Part shown: positions 25,401-39,998 of the stretch, in pieces
Position numbering within the stretch: position 1 is the first letter of the stretch
Layout: each line of letters opens with the position of its first letter
Assembly: GCA_030704615.1 (NCBI GenBank)
Contig: CM060733.1
Location: 39,990,001 to 40,054,000, forward strand
Length of the DNA: 64,000 nucleotides
From: Takakia lepidozioides
Lineage: Eukaryota > Plantae > Bryophyta
Reading direction: 5' to 3'
Program-made: the position numbers and the translations under genes
Notes under the pieces: model-generated
Told to the model about the DNA's origin: nothing
What the model saw: only the letters and a program-made list of their open reading frames with translations
Databases searched by the model: none

Positions 25401-26204
25401 ACAATAAAAACATGGAACATGGATCATCATTGAGGTTATGGATTTGCGACGCCACAGCGGTCACAAATCCGCAACGGATTTTTAACGACTTTTTGTAACG
25501 AGCGTGCGACAGTTTTCCATTGCGGAATTGGAGCTAGGGGGTTTGAAGCGTGTGCGATGCTTTTTGCGTCACACAGTCATCGCCAATCCCCCCAAAATGG
25601 TAATGTCTCCACCGCTGCAGTAGCTTTAGTCTGTAAATTGGTTATTGAAAAGAAGTGCATGTAGCCTTTTGTAGGGCACCTTATTTTTGTAATATAGCTA
25701 ATCGATCTTCTTATATGTCTAGTTCTCAAAGGTGTAGAGTGAATGAATCGCAGGAAGAGACCAATCACGTATTCCTGAACAACCAGGAATATGAGGCATT
25801 CTGGGTTTTTTCGACCAGAAGTCTCCTGACACTCAAGAATCAACTTCTTTTAATCCTGCATGGGGACATATGTATTAGAGTGATACATGGAGCAGGAAGA
25901 AGCACTCTGTGCAGTGGGTGAAGGAAAATGGGCCGTGGGTGAGTATAAATACCGTTCTGATAATGAAAGTGACTTTGGGGAGGTATAGTAGAGGGAGTGG
26001 TATAGAGGCCAAAACTGATATACCATGGATACATAGCTCAGCATACCCAAAAGGTCCTACTGGAGGAGATGTTGTTGTTAGGTCTGAATGAGCTACGGAT
26101 ATCCTACTTTAGACACAGGACTAGATATACAAATGGAGATATGTGCATCAGGTTATCATTCAGGGATTAGAACCATCACAATTCTTTGGTTGAAACTAGG
26201 TGGG

Positions 26205-26406
26205 TTTTTTTTTTTTTTTTTTGGGAAATACTTGGGAGCGACAGCTCACAAATCAGGCCCCTTAATTATAGTGAGAGCAGAAAATAACCTCTTTCAATGG
26301 AAGGGGGAGAAGGCTATACTACAACATCAATGTAGCAGGATTTGACCCCAGAATCATCTGGGTGGCACACAATGCCCTATCCAACTCAGCTACCAACTCA
26401 GCTACT
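26205..26406 (-). mobile_element. tRNA-derived SINE
   Basis: Minus strand: A-box TAGCTGAGTTGG (26381-26392, duplicated at 26393-26404), B-box GGGTCAAATCC (~26338-26348), a body, then a poly(A) tail (T run 26205-26222). Confidence 0.65.
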
Positions 26407-26568
26407 GACTGTTAGTCGAGGGTTTCATCTATTGAACCCCCTTTACTACCTTAATTGATGTGATTTTCTCCGTCCCCTGTTTTTCTTTAAAAAAAAAAGG
26501 ACCCAGTACAAGCCCGGCTGGGACAGAGGTCCTCTGAAGCAAATGACGAGCTTGTGGGGGAGCAAAGA

Positions 26569-26957
26569 GAGCATCTCCATGGCGAGCACGCCCGTCAAAA
26601 GTTATATACCCTGGTTAGAGGGGCGACGGTATTGCTTACAAGGATTGGTTGGCTGACACTCCATGGTTGGGAGGGTAGGAGACCCGGCAGATATAGCACG
26701 GAGGCAGGCCCGCGTCTCGATCACGATCTTTGGCCGAGGACATCATATCTCATTAACTGAGAAATAACTCACAAATCTAATGTACCCTGGTTGGCGGGTC
26801 CGGTATGATTGGCAAAAAGTGCCGGGCAGGAGGCAGCTTTCCGGAGGGGCTGGTAGATTTGCTACCGGGCTGAGCCAATAGTTTGCTCCACTTTTTTGGA
26901 CCCCGCGCCCGTAGATTGCCGTCATGGGGCAAGTGCCGTGGCACCGTGGAGATGCTC
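26569..26957. mobile_element. PIF/Harbinger (Tourist-like) MITE
   Basis: TIRs GAGCATCTCCATGGCG / CACCGTGGAGATGCTC, with TAA on the right; the left TSD is degenerate. The same end followed by TTA recurs at ~59951-59965. Confidence 0.7.
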
Positions 26958-28551
26958 TAACTTAAGGAGCGAAGACTAAGAGTGACAGGAGCTACAAAAC
27001 AGCTAGTCCTAAAAATGAAGAAGTGTAGAGCAATCCTAAGACCCAAACGCCAAAGGCTAAGGATCTGAAATCCGGAGCTAAATAGGCACCTGAAAACTGA
27101 ACAACAATCAGGAGGAGGCCGTGTCTGCAAATCAACGGGAGAAGAGTAAGGAGCAGGGAGAATGAAACAGAGACTGCTACCCGAAAGAGTGGAGCTAGCC
27201 AAGAGAAATCCTCCTGGCGCTATCCAGTGGAAGGGCCAGACACCTAGCAGGAATAAAAGAACAGACACTTGGCAATCCTCAACGTTTCCTACGAAGCTGC
27301 TCGAAATTCAAGTGACCTTCAAGTTTAGAGTCACGTGAGTTGATTCCACCACCATGTTTGCAAAGTCATGGCATTTGCTTTGCTGCACCTACCATTCCAT
27401 GAAATAGATCCATACCCGCCCTCCCTTCATGCCGCAGACAGAGCAATTGCAAACATCATCCTCACCTACAATTCTAAGACAGAAAACATCTGTGGGTTGT
27501 AGGAAATATGGCTGCAATGGATTGTCAAGACATTGTCATCTTCTATAGCTTTGTGTAAGCACAGCACAAAGTGGATTTGGTGTTTTCTCAGAAGACAGGA
27601 GCGGGAGAAAGTAGCTTACGAGGTCCACATGAGGCAGAGGCATGTGTATTGACCTGCCATTACATGGACTCTGTGGCTTTTGACACAAGCCTGAGCAGTA
27701 CGGAACTGCCTTTCTTATAGATGTTTGTATGTGGTTAGTGAGATTCGACTTTGCTTTACAAGGTCCCATATAACAGGAATATAATTACCTCTGCCTTGAT
27801 CCAGACATGGGAAGACACAATCGGTAAGAAGCCAGACCCGAAGAGGAAGTTATATTTTCTTTGCCAATTGCTTACTTTTGAGCAAAGCTTACAACCACGA
27901 AGGATATCTTTTACATGACATTCAAAGGTTCAAAGCAGTTTCAACGTTCCTTAGAGGCAGAAGCTAATGCCTGAAGAAGGACATGCCATCTGACTACCTA
28001 CCAATGAGCACCAGGACCCTCTGAACCAAGAAAATGACAGTCATTGGAAGAGTTCACAAAATTGGTGATAATTACAACTCATCAATCAATGATACTCTTC
28101 ATACCTGTTGCTAAGGTCTGTGCCGACCTTTGGGACACGTTACAGCAGTCACCCAAGGATGCTGTGACGGATGTTTTTTACAAACAACACGACCAAGAGA
28201 TTGGATCAGTGTCAAGCAAGCTGGAAAGCACCAACTTGGCCTTATGCGGCCTGTTCTGTGGACGATACCAGCTGCAGGTTATGCTAGCCATGACTTGTGG
28301 CTGAAGACGGCAAGGTTCCACTCAAACTGTAGAGAGCTGAGCCCTTCACTTCATGGTGCTGAATTGCAAGCTGCAAGCTGCCAACCTCAAACACTAAAGG
28401 AAACTCAACGTTGAGTGCCTCAACCTTTGAATTTCAATTGAGACTTGCCTGCAGCGAAAGAACTTTGCACCTGATTATGTGTCAGGACCTGTAGCTTTGA
28501 CATCAATCTGGCGTAACAGTCGGACAATCTGCGATGCCTTCAAGTTGTTTC

Positions 28552-31500
28552 TCAAGAAACAACCCCTGATTCTAGAAACTGGAAGCTGGACTTCCCATTC
28601 CAAGCACGTTTCCTGTCCTCCTGAGTCGCTCGCTCCCCGTCATCATCATCTTTCCTTTTCTCAACACTGCCTTCAACCTTCTCTCTCGATCCTGAAAGTT
28701 TTAAAGATCCACATGATATTTCAAAGGAGAGGCAAATCAAAGTGTCCAGACAGGTGTTGAGTATGTGCAAGAAAAGCAAATTGTGGGACTAGGAGGAACA
28801 TTGACACACACGCACCAACAGAAGACTCACAAAGAAATGTGCCTTCAGTGATTGATTTCTCTTCTTCAATCCCCTTGGAACATTCTGTTTGCACAGGACA
28901 TTGGAAAGACTGGGAATTTGGATTCAGACAGTAGAGGCAGGGAAGCGAGAGGGAAGGGAGACAGAAGAGAATTGTTTGGGGCAAGTAGGGGTATTAAGTG
29001 CAGACAGACATCAGGAAAAAGGAGCTAGTTCTAGACTTTCCTGAAGGTAGTACACTCACCCTTATTCAGATTGTTTAGAAGGTTCTGCCACTCTCTCTCG
29101 GTGCTGATGGAGTCATCATGATCCTCAGACTCAGATGCATCAAGCCCAAGCTCTCCCGCACTGTCACAATTATCGACCCCCCGCCCAGGAGTCTTGATGG
29201 AGGTATCCTCGTCTTCATCATCTGATGTGTCTCCGACTCCCTCCCAATTGAGGCTGGTACGACTGCACCAATTCGTCAGCTCTTTGGCGAAGTCGAGCTT
29301 GCTAAGGTCTCTCCCGACAATGTCCCTGATCTCCTTGATTGGATGTCTAGGATTGGCTTGGAGTTGGTTTTCTACACATTGGATGCATGAAGTCTACAAG
29401 TTAGAGACTACCATTGCCAAGAAAGAAAAGAAATTGCTGGAAGATGTTATATCCTTCCTTTCAGATACTGTAATATTTAGCTGTTTGGTCCCCTGACACA
29501 GTTTATGCTGGAGCACCTCATATGAGTCAGCACAGTGAAAGAAAGCAGTTCCATCACAACAGAGAAGAAGGAGAAGTATGTTGTGTCAACGGGAGGCCCA
29601 GAGGGTGCATGGCCCACCGGAACTACAGAAAAGGATGAATCTCTCAAGAGACACCAATGCCTTTCCCTGATCCTCCAGTAGGTTGTGCATGGGAAAAAGA
29701 ATCCTTAGTACTGGATACAGAGATGAACAAACTCAACACTCTCATGATATGTCTGCGTCCTTTGGATAGACAAGTCCTTACCTGATGTGATACTTGAAAT
29801 CTTTGTAGCTGACATGCTAGCTGAATCCTCTGCAAAAACAGGTCCCAAAGTTGGCTTGGATCCATAGCCTTTCTGATCCTCTGGGTTGCCTGGAAAGAAC
29901 CCATTGCCTACGGCCCTACTCTGCACAAGTGTTTGCTTTTGGAAATAGGGTGTACCAATTCTCTTTGGCTCACTCATCGTAGATGTTGTGGAGAGAACAG
30001 AACCCCCCCGGAAGTATGGTGCGTATGAACGCCCTTCCAGGTGCTCAACTTCTGCTTCAAGTGTCAAAGCGTCAAAATTGTGGGGCCTCTGCGGAGTAGG
30101 TGGCCTCAAAGAGCCATGTGCATTCTGTAAGGAGGTACTTGTGGGTGGAACTGGAAGGTCATATGGAAAAATTGGCATCGGAGAGCCAAATCTTGCTGTG
30201 GGCAATGTGGAGGGATGACTATTCTGGAGAATTGCTGCAATGGGGGAGGCACTCGTATGGGTGCTTTTATGTTCTCCTTGAAGGCTTGCATAAGAGCTTA
30301 ATATGCCTTCCTGCAAGCTGTCAAACTCTTTTTTATAGAACTCTAGGCTTTCGGTTTCTCTGCTCCGATTGTCTTCCACAATGTTATCTGAAGATGTGGT
30401 GTTCTCCCCAGAACTTGATGATGATATTGTAGAACTTAGGGAAGAATAATTGAATGGTGGGTGGGCTCGGTCCGCAAACCCATGTGCTTGTCTGTCAACC
30501 ATAGAGAGCCCGTTACTAAATAAGCCTGGCAAGCGAGCAGGAGCACTAGGCCTTCCCGGGACCATCGAAGGGCAATGATAATCTGACAGTGAATTACAAG
30601 CAAAAAATATAGTGAGTGGATGTGACAACAACTTGGGACTGCACGAACACATTCCTTGCTCTCTCTCTCTCCTTTTGCAACAAAGTTCATGATGGCAGTA
30701 AATGCAGACGATGAGCAAAGATGTTGATAACCCTACTCTCTTTGTAACACGAAATACGACGGAGTTAAGATATTTGCTAAACTCAAAGCACTGGAAGCAT
30801 TGTAGATGGTTGCAGTGATGCACCATTTCCAGAATTTTGTTCTGAGAAATCAGAACTATGGTGTAAACAGTGAGCATCTAAACTTCCCTCTCTTCAGATG
30901 TTCTCTCTCCCTTTGGACATTGTCTCTGTGTTTGCCAAATAAGCTTTTTGGGCTGAAAGTTCATTTCTTTTTCTTGATTGTGTGTGGCAATCTGTCTCCT
31001 TTCTTTTCTGGAAAATTACCAAAAACACAAGTTGGCATTGATGAGTTCTGACCTGGAGAGACTGAAAGTGAAGTTGCCATTGCAAAAAGGCTTGGTGCTA
31101 CCGGAGTTTTGGCCTGGATGAAGGGTGTGGCCGAGAGACCTGTCATCTTGTTACTCAGAGTAGACGAGTGCCCAAAGATTGACTTTGATTGCAGAGTAAA
31201 GGTCGATGGAGTTTGAGGGACAAGATCCTCAGAAGAAAACAAATGTGGATCTGAATGTTGAGGTGAAGAGGGGTGGTGGTGCAAATATTGCATTGGCCTT
31301 GTAAGTTGATGAGAATTGGAGGATTGTACAATTTGACCTGAGACTAGAGCTTGTTGACTATTCAAAGAAAGTTGTAAGTTAGAAGGGACTGAAAAGGGAG
31401 CCTGCAGGCAAGTGAAAGATGATGACAACTCAGGATAGGATATCTGCGGAGAGTGTGTAGCTCGATGGTGGGAAGAATACAATCGTGGATCAGTGGACAA

Positions 31501-33359
31501 CAAACAGTGAGGTAAAACAGAGACCTGCTGATGGGTAGGTGATGACTGCGGGCTGAGAGGAGGAGAAATGGGGTGTGATTGTGGAGACCTCTCAGAATAC
31601 GATGATCTCAAATTCTGGGGGCTTGATGTCACCAGGGAGCTTGATTGTTCGTTGGCATGGTTGGTAGATGACCATGATATATTAGATAGCGGAGAAAAGT
31701 GGGAAGAGAGAGAAACTTGCCTAGGGGTGACAGCTGACTCTGGGTGGGTGGGTTCACAAAGGGGGTTATCTTGAGATTGGTCAGACATGAAAGATGACCG
31801 TGTATCCTCAGGTGGCAGATTCGACATCGAACAAGTTTCCTCAGAGAAGGAAGAGGGATCAATCTGAGATGGGGGTGACTCAGGTGGAAGTGAATCCAAT
31901 GGTAGTTGTTTGTTTAAAGGGATTGACATTGAAGGGACAACCAAAGGTTGTTGCTCCGATATGGGAGGTGACTTCTCTTGACAAATGGTTGACTCCTGAG
32001 GCATAGCAGGAGCATCATGAGAGATGGAAAAGCATTTCATATGAGGATTGGAAGGGATGCAAGGGGACGCTGATGAGTGCTCATGAGGAGAGTGTGGCTG
32101 TTGGTCAGACCAGCCTGTATTCTGGTGTGAGATGGAACCATCCTCAGACTCAAGGGACAACCGCAGTTCAAAGTCACAGGCTGATATTTGACTTGCTAGA
32201 AGAGGCTGCTGGGGGCCAGCCCGTTTGAGGAAATCCCTAGTTTTGACCATGGATGATTCTGGGGCCATGGTCGCTGTGTAGTTCCTCTGGAAAGGGCTGG
32301 ATGCCCCTGAGAAATGCCCCGCTGACCGGTTCATATTATGACGTGAGGTGGGGTGACGGATTGATGGGTCGTAGCTCCCTAGGAAGGAGCCAAGTGGTTT
32401 GGACAGGTACTTCTTAACACTGAAGGGTTCCTGTCTCACCAATTCATCATTTTCCGACCTATCGCCATCCTCCTGCTTGTTCTTCAGTTTTATCTCCTGT
32501 GGCCAGAGCAGTACCACCGTCCAGTCAACAGAGTCGGGGATGCAATCACTACAAATACCGTTTCTCTGTGTGTGTGTGTGTCTCTCCAGTGAGAGCGTGT
32601 GAGATTTTGGACTCGTCTTTCCATTGCTTTTGTCCTACGTCTTTGGGGCTTTTCGACTATCATTCTTACTATCCAGGAGGAAAGGGTTGGGTTGATTCCT
32701 AATTTGATTGCTCAAAGCTGAAGTAGTGTCCATACCTCTTGATTTGTTTGGAGAGCAGCGGGCCTCTCATCCATCTCTCGATCCTCTGTCGTGCTATCGT
32801 TCCTTTTGACAGGGTCAATGCCACTTTCTGGTGATGTCGGCCTTGCGTAAACGACATCCAACTCCGGTCTCCAGACTGCAGCGTCTCTACCATCTGACCC
32901 TTTCTCTGGAGTATTACCATTCTCATCAGCTACCTGAGGTGTTGGAGATGTTGGCCTCTCATAGACAACATCCAAATCTGGTCTCCAGACTGCCGTGTCT
33001 TTGACCCGAGCTTCCCCCTGCCCTTCCAATGTCATTGCCGCATAGCTACTTGAGGGGACGCAAGTTTGCGCCTCCACCTTCACCCCTGCCGCGTTCGCCA
33101 AGAAGAAAACATCACATAGCTGCTTGAAAGCAGCAGTTGCCGAGAGCGAGAAGCTCTCACAGGCCTCGATCTGAAGCCTAAGACTTCGATGCGCGTTCCC
33201 CATATTGTTTTTGAGAGTTACTTCCAGCCGACTACTCGCCTGTAGGGGTTTGCATTCTGCCCGCAGAGACGCCAAGGCAGCTTCTGCCGCCATGCACGCT
33301 CGTAATGCTCGGGCTGCCAATTCTTGTTGCATGCTCGCTGGGAGAGAAAGCCTCTCCAT
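28552..33359 (-). CDS. Multi-exon gene for a large, mostly disordered Ser/Pro-rich protein of unknown function
   Basis: Long ORFs 32712-33359, 30961-32517 and 29705-30877 with GT donors near 32735, 31052 and 29781. Further exon 29393-29060 (TSCIQCVENQLQ..WQNLLNNLNK) splices in frame to a last exon 28691-28552. Splicing between 29781 and 29393 is unresolved and the start codon is uncertain. Confidence 0.65.
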
Positions 33360-36248
33360 TTCTTCAAATTGTTGGAAAAGCCTCTCAACTCATCCCCACG
33401 CCATTCTGCTCCTGCCTATCTTCTGTACCCTCCAAGATGCTTTCATGTCGGATCAGTTGCAACCACCCTCGCGGGAAGACCCTCATTATATCCCTACATT
33501 GCGAAGAAAAAAAATTTGATTCTTCTTCTTCCTGGTGTTTGCAGTACGAGATGAGTTCGGTGCAGACCTCAGACCCGCGATGGCATCCCCATCGCCATCG
33601 CCATCGCTCGGAGCATGTCGGCGCTGTGGATGCAGTCCGCGGGAAAACCTTCCCGTGAGGAAGAAACGGATCCCGCCTTTTAACGAACTTTTCCTGCACG
33701 CGGCGCCCTTCCATTCGCTCGCTCGTTTTACTATTATTTCAACACAACACAAATAACACAAATTGAAATAAAAAAATGGAAAAATTGGAAGGAAGACAAT
33801 AGGAATAATTTAAGAACTTAATGGTCATTTTTTTTAAAAATAAATTCTTATTACTTTTCAAAATAAAATAAAACGTCATGTTTTCAAGTATTCCCGTATT
33901 TATTGCGGTAGTTTTGGCAGTCTCTGGGAGTAGTATTTAAAAACTGCATTCACAATGATGTGTACAAATTTGGGGTGGGAACGCTAGCATATCGTAGTCA
34001 TCTCGTCTTGTGCTTCCAGTCTGCACTCGAGGTAGGTATCGAGGTAGGTAGCCATTAAATCTCAAGAGTAACGTCAACGATGGGATGGGATGTGGGCCTG
34101 GGGCAGTGAAATTGAGGCAGAAAAATTCACGTTGCAGAGACGCATAGATTCACAATCCACGGAAGTTCTTACATTGAAGAGGAAGAATGACAGGAGGGAC
34201 TTAGTACTCGTTTGACACAGCTTGGGGCATGCACAGCCTATGTATGCCCCAAGCTGTGTCTGTGACATAGTCTTGGAGTAAAACACTAATCTTGCCGGCG
34301 CAGCGTTGAGCAAGTCAGACTCGACGACGATCTGATGACAGGGTCCTTCTGAGTGCTGATCCCAGCACTACTTTTTGGCTGGATTCTTCACAGCCGTAAG
34401 CCATGTGGGTGTGGGGCAGTGCCAGGGAAAGAGGGGAAAAGGTCAGTGGAGAGGATGGGAAGGAAAGGAAAGGAAAGGACATATAGCTCCTAATGTCCAG
34501 CAATTTAAAGAGCAGATTGCTGTACCCGATTCCCACACGGTCTACGGACGGATGTGGCTCTAGTGAAAGTAGAGGCCGGATCACCGACCTGATTATGCTA
34601 GGGTGGGCCACCCCTCTGAAGAGAAACAAACAGCACTAGAAGATCTTTGTGAAGTCCACAGACAGGCACACATCAGGAAATGAAATGAACTGGTACTTCA
34701 TAACGTCCGCGGAAGCTCATAGAGCTTATGGGACAAAATGGAAGAAAACATGAGAGAGGAAAGAAAAGCAGAGCCAAAAATTAAAAACTATTGCTCGAGT
34801 GATTGTCTAAGGGTGAAGGCCTCGTGCAGGTAAGCTGCCAAGCATTTCTGATCCTCATAGTGGAAGACTTCAGTGAGAGATTGGGTTCCGCGGTGGAATC
34901 TATAGTATAGAGGGCAACAGAAGAAGCGTTCTTCGGTTTCTTCTTCGGTTTCAGTTTCCCGGTTGCGGCCTGTGAGCTGGACATAGGCGGTCCTCCCGTT
35001 GCAGGGTTTCCCATCTGCCAGTCACTATCCGAAGATTGTGGGAGCCCACCCTGAACCGCCCCCAATGCCCTCAAGAGGGAAGGAGATAAAGGTGCCAAAA
35101 GGTAATTGGGCAAGATTCTATGAACTCGGAGAACCAAGAATGTCTCCCGGCAAGATTTTTATCAACTCGGAGAACCAAGAATGTCTCCCGATAGAAATGG
35201 AGCTTTGTCCTGAGATTTGGCAGCTTCCAAGTTCTCCTGACATGTAGTTCCATAAGCTCACTTCTAATGAGGCAATAGATAGTCCAATTGGGGCCCGCAA
35301 CAAGCAGCCCCTAAACAGTGGAGAAATTTTATAATATCCAGATAGAAAGAGAGAAAACAGAGTGCAGCAAATCTGCTTGGTGCAGTGTCACAGTTGTCCC
35401 TACACATAATTTGGCTCTGATCGGCCTTTCATGGTCCCAATGGAAAATCTGGCAAGGCTCTGTTTCGCAGTACACTGGTTTGGGAACCAGGCTGATCATA
35501 TATCAGTGATTGCTCTCCACTAAGCTTCCGGTTCCTCATCAAGCTCTTCCCCAGAACACAACATATCTTCACAGGTGAGAACCCAACTGCCTAGAGGACT
35601 AGAAGAAAGAGCCTGGTGGAGCAAAGCACATTATATTAAGCTCTTGTCCAAACTTTGCAGAAGAGCCCCTGTTAAGGCACCCCAAAAGAGTCATGCCTCT
35701 ACAATGCCTGCATTGTGCCGGGCTTCGATTGTTTCCGAAATTTTCTTTGAATTAAAGTGTGTTCCCTAAACATAGGTTCAAAATCCCATTTCCTGAAGTG
35801 GGGCCCTAAAGGATGAGAGATCCCAACACTCACTGATAAGAGCAAGGCCCCATTTGCAGAACGGAAGACAAAAGAAGGGAAAGGGAAAAAGGCTGGAGAG
35901 ATATAAGACTAAAGGGAAAAGGGTTGTACAGAGACAAAATGTATGGGGGATTATGGAAGGATACATCAGAGTGTCCCTCAAATATGTGAAATTTAGTGTA
36001 CACAATCACTTTCATTAACAGCACGTTATGAACCACCGTGAGCGCTAGGATGCAAGGCCCAGCCAAACAAAACACTCGGGAGCAAAATTTGAAGTCTACC
36101 TACCATCCTCTCTTCTGGATGTAACTATGCAAACATGTTTATATATCTATATAGCTTCCATCTGACGCTACCAAAGATGGAAATTCTCGGATTTGCCAGC
36201 AGACCAAATCTGACAAGTTTGTAAGGTGCGGGAAGTAAGTTAAAGGAG

Positions 36249-38564
36249 TCACTCTGGTGAATAAAGACGGCCTAGGATACATAGTATAATATCTAAGTAT
36301 GTAACAATTCCGAGAAGACAGCTGTCCTCATCAGTCACCCAAATGTAGCCGACCCGGTGAGTGAGGGCCTGAGCCATCACGGCTACCAGCGAACTCCATG
36401 GCCGGCATGTAAGGGGTGCCATACGCCCCTTCGACATTCCCCCCATTCTGTTCATCTGCGCATGGTGCGCTGAGGAGTTGGTGGCAAAACCAAAAGGCCC
36501 ATTAGGAGAGTGGGAAACATCTTCATCCGATGACTCTTCTGATGATCCACTTTCCATACTTGGAAACTTGGAAATTAAGGAGGGTGCCGAAGACTCTCTC
36601 AACAGAGACAATGGATTGCGAGTGCCGAGTGAATCTGCCCTACAGCTGGCGAGTTTCTGAGCATGAAATTTCTGGTAAAGACGGGATTGCACAAGCTCAA
36701 CAAGTGCATATGGTGGGCCACCACAATCTTGAGCATAAGACAGAAAGTCTCTGACAGAAAGGGTCGCCAAAGCAAGGGCTGCAGTCTCGTTGCATCTGCT
36801 CAAAGTGAAAGCAGAGATGTCCCCCACTAATTTGGTCTCTTCTGCGTCCTCACCATCTTCAACGACTGCGACGGCAGTCAACTCCTGAGAAGCTTGCTGA
36901 ATCAAAGGGAGTGCACTTATGGCATCAGCGTCTGCATTCACAGTCAACATGTCTGTCTTGATTATACCGAGTTGTTGTATGCTCATCATTGGTAAGGGGG
37001 AAAAAAGGCCGACACAGCTCAGCAAGAATCTGACCACGTCCTCTGGTGTGAGCCAACAATACTCCTGGGATCCAGATTCTGTTTTCCATGCGTTGTTGTC
37101 AATACCAGGAAGAGCCCCAACTGACACATGGCTGGCATGCTGAGCGCCCTGCCGCAGCAGTTTGTTGAAATCTTTCCCATTGGGCATGGAATTGTAGCGA
37201 GCCAGGCGCCTTGAAATACTGCGGTCGATGGGAACTACCAGATGCTGCGCACCATCCAACATTCGACCCAAAGCATCAAATAACCTGCAACCAGCATTCT
37301 CAAACAGATCAATACAAGGCCAAAGGGTCCTCATCCAAGTGCAGGGCAGGGAACATCCCAAACGAACCAATAACAACCCACACTCGTCATTATCCAGGGA
37401 GGAGCAGGAGGAGGGGTAACATAGCTGAAGCAGAACACTCACATCTCCTAAATACTATAACGAGTGTGTTATTCCCTACTGCAACCTTCCAAGAGGCTCA
37501 ACTCCTCTGCGGGCAGGGTTAAGCAAGATATCACTCCATCCAAAACAGGGGTGGTGAAACCTAATAGCACTGCTCCGCTTCCAATAATCCCAGTATGAAA
37601 ATCTCAAGCATAACTCTGAATTGGAAACAAAGCAGTGCTGAAAAGTGCTGGCCTATGACCACCCAGGATCCAATCTACCTCAGAAGATTCGCAACTGACA
37701 TGATTTCAACCTGTTCCTTAGAGTTTTCATCTACCAACGACGATTGGAGGATTGGTTCGCTTGAGCACCCTTATTCGTAGCGAGTGCTACAGTATAAGAT
37801 TACAATTTTTTTTCCAGAGTTCAAGTCATCCACTAGTAAGCTGCCCCCGCAATGTGCCACAGCCATTGAGGGCACGGGGAAGTAAGCCCCTGTGTGTGAG
37901 AGATATAACAAGTGCGCAGAAATAGTCTTACCCTTCCTCAACTGTTGTGATATTCAGCACACAGTAGACCTGCTATTCGTTCATTATATTCACTACCGAA
38001 TTCATTTAGAGAATGTAGGGAAAGAGACAGATACACGGGCGATCAAACGAGGGTCAAATTTGCATACTTCGTCTGAGGATCGACATGTTGCACGGCCGAA
38101 GAAGGTTTTTGCAGGACCGAAAGTGGAGTGCAGAGGGCCGCAGCAAGGTCGGCCAAGCTCTCATCTCTTGCTAAGAAACAAATGATGTCCACCATGCCCA
38201 CCTTGCCAACGCACCGCCACAACCTCTCCTTCTCCTCTCCAGCTCGCACCGTACACTCCCGACTAAGAGGCCGCTTAACCTCGTCGCTGCTACTCCGAAC
38301 CTCCTTGCTCCAACCTCCATTAGACTCACCAGAGAACCTCGTCGCCCCCACCGCCTTAGCGTTGTTGGTAACAAAGCCAGCCTCCTTTGATTTATTGATC
38401 AACGATGGGAAGCTTTCTTCCGCCCACAAGCTCAGATGCGTGTCGCTATGTCGCTTCAAGGCCTTGAGAGCCTCCCCCACCGTCACCTCCACGCTCACCT
38501 TCCGCAGCGGAGACTTGCCTAACGCAAGGTCCTCAGCCTGCCGCGCCTGGAAAAAACCGGCCAT
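36249..38564 (-). CDS. CBSX5: CBS domain-containing protein, CBSX5-like; two exons
   Basis: Exons 38564-38068 and 37284-36249, joined by a phase-2 GT-AG intron. Motifs DLALGKSPL, CVGKVGMVDIICFL, GAQHLVVPI, CWLTPEDVVRFLL..FSPLP and CRPWSSLVAVMAQALTHRVGYIWV are characteristic of plant CBSX5/CBSX6. Confidence 0.9.
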
Positions 38565-39998
38565 GCACCTCCTTCCCTCCAAAGCTCCCTCCTTCCCTTC
38601 CTCCCACCCTCGCTAAATCTCCTCCTCTCCTCAACAAACCCTCACCTAAGCTCTCGGATCGTCTCTCTCCTTCTTCCTGCAGGCCCCCCCGGAGCGGGAT
38701 GCCAAGAGAACGTTAGAGAAAGACAGCGCGAGGGAGACGAGTCAGTGGTCGACGAGTCACCGCCACACTGCTGCCAGGGGGCTGCCCCTCCTCCTCCCAA
38801 AATTATTATATCCATAACACCACCCGTTCTTCCCTCCCTGCACGGCCCCCACAATAACTAGGGCGGGGATTACCTCTATAAGGGTTCTACCTATCCTGGG
38901 GTTACCTCTATAAGGGTTCTTTCGGTCATGTACCCCCTGGCAAGAATCTTTAGCGAAATCAAGTGTGATGTCGAAGAGTGAATGCCGTATTAGGAACATT
39001 CGAGTAAACAGTAAATGGCGGCCAACGTGATTGTGTCCGGCCTTCTCGAGCAGACGAGTAGACGCAGGAAAAGGTAAAAGTGAAAAGTGTTACTGGGGTA
39101 CGGGCAGTTGCCAGTCGGTGGGCCCGGCGCTGGAGCGCGGAGCACGGGAAAGCTGCTCGGCCGGAAAGTGCAGGGCGAGCTGCTTTTGCAACTTCTGTTT
39201 GCCACGGAATTAGGCGTGCATGGCCGCATCGGAATATTCTATCCGCGCGTATGCGGCCCTTAGGATGGATGGGGTTATGGATGAAGTAGGTATCATTCAG
39301 AGCATCAGTTGAGTGCGTGGCGGGGGACTTCCGCTCATCTCAAACAAGTCACTCAAATTCCGTCAAATTGATGGGTCTGCGGTCGGACGAGGCGTGTAAT
39401 AAAACCATCAATTCATCCATTTAAGTTAAAGAATTTGACAATGAACTAGATTTTTCTTCCAATTTTTTGAAAGTGGACTCTCAGTGCGCACAAAACCGCC
39501 TAGAAAATCCCTTTGTTGAAATCCTTACCTTCTCATACCGGAAGTTTCATCATGAGGAGAGGAGGTAGGTGTAAGACAGCTAGGGTCGTAAGATGACTAT
39601 TCCGGGGCCATGAAGGGGCCAGTTGGTTTTTTATGCCGCCGTTTTTGAATTTGTGAACTCGGGCTACCCCCTTGGTCACGCATTCTAAAACGGTGGAAGG
39701 GCCTCATCAGCTGCCTCTCCCTCTACCTTAACCCATTGGCAGGTGGGAGATAGTAGTATGCTTCAGTGCTGAAAGCATCTTGAAAACCAGGGTTTCGATA
39801 TGTAATGTGTAACTGCTCCGGCCACTGGGGATCCAGGTTCCCGAAACTTCCGTTAATGAGGTTGGAAAATTTTGTTGTGGAATCCTTGACTAGATTACAG
39901 AAGAAACATGACACCTCTACATTCATAAAGCACTTTGCATTTTTTCTCTTTGTATTTATCATGCTGTCAAAAACCAGAATTCATCGCTTGGCCGGGCG

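Noticed and set aside
34315-35303. Short ORFs between the unknown gene and CBSX5-like gene
   Set aside because: No family motif or consistent exon chain; only a ~42-bp tandem duplication (35123-35190) is evident.
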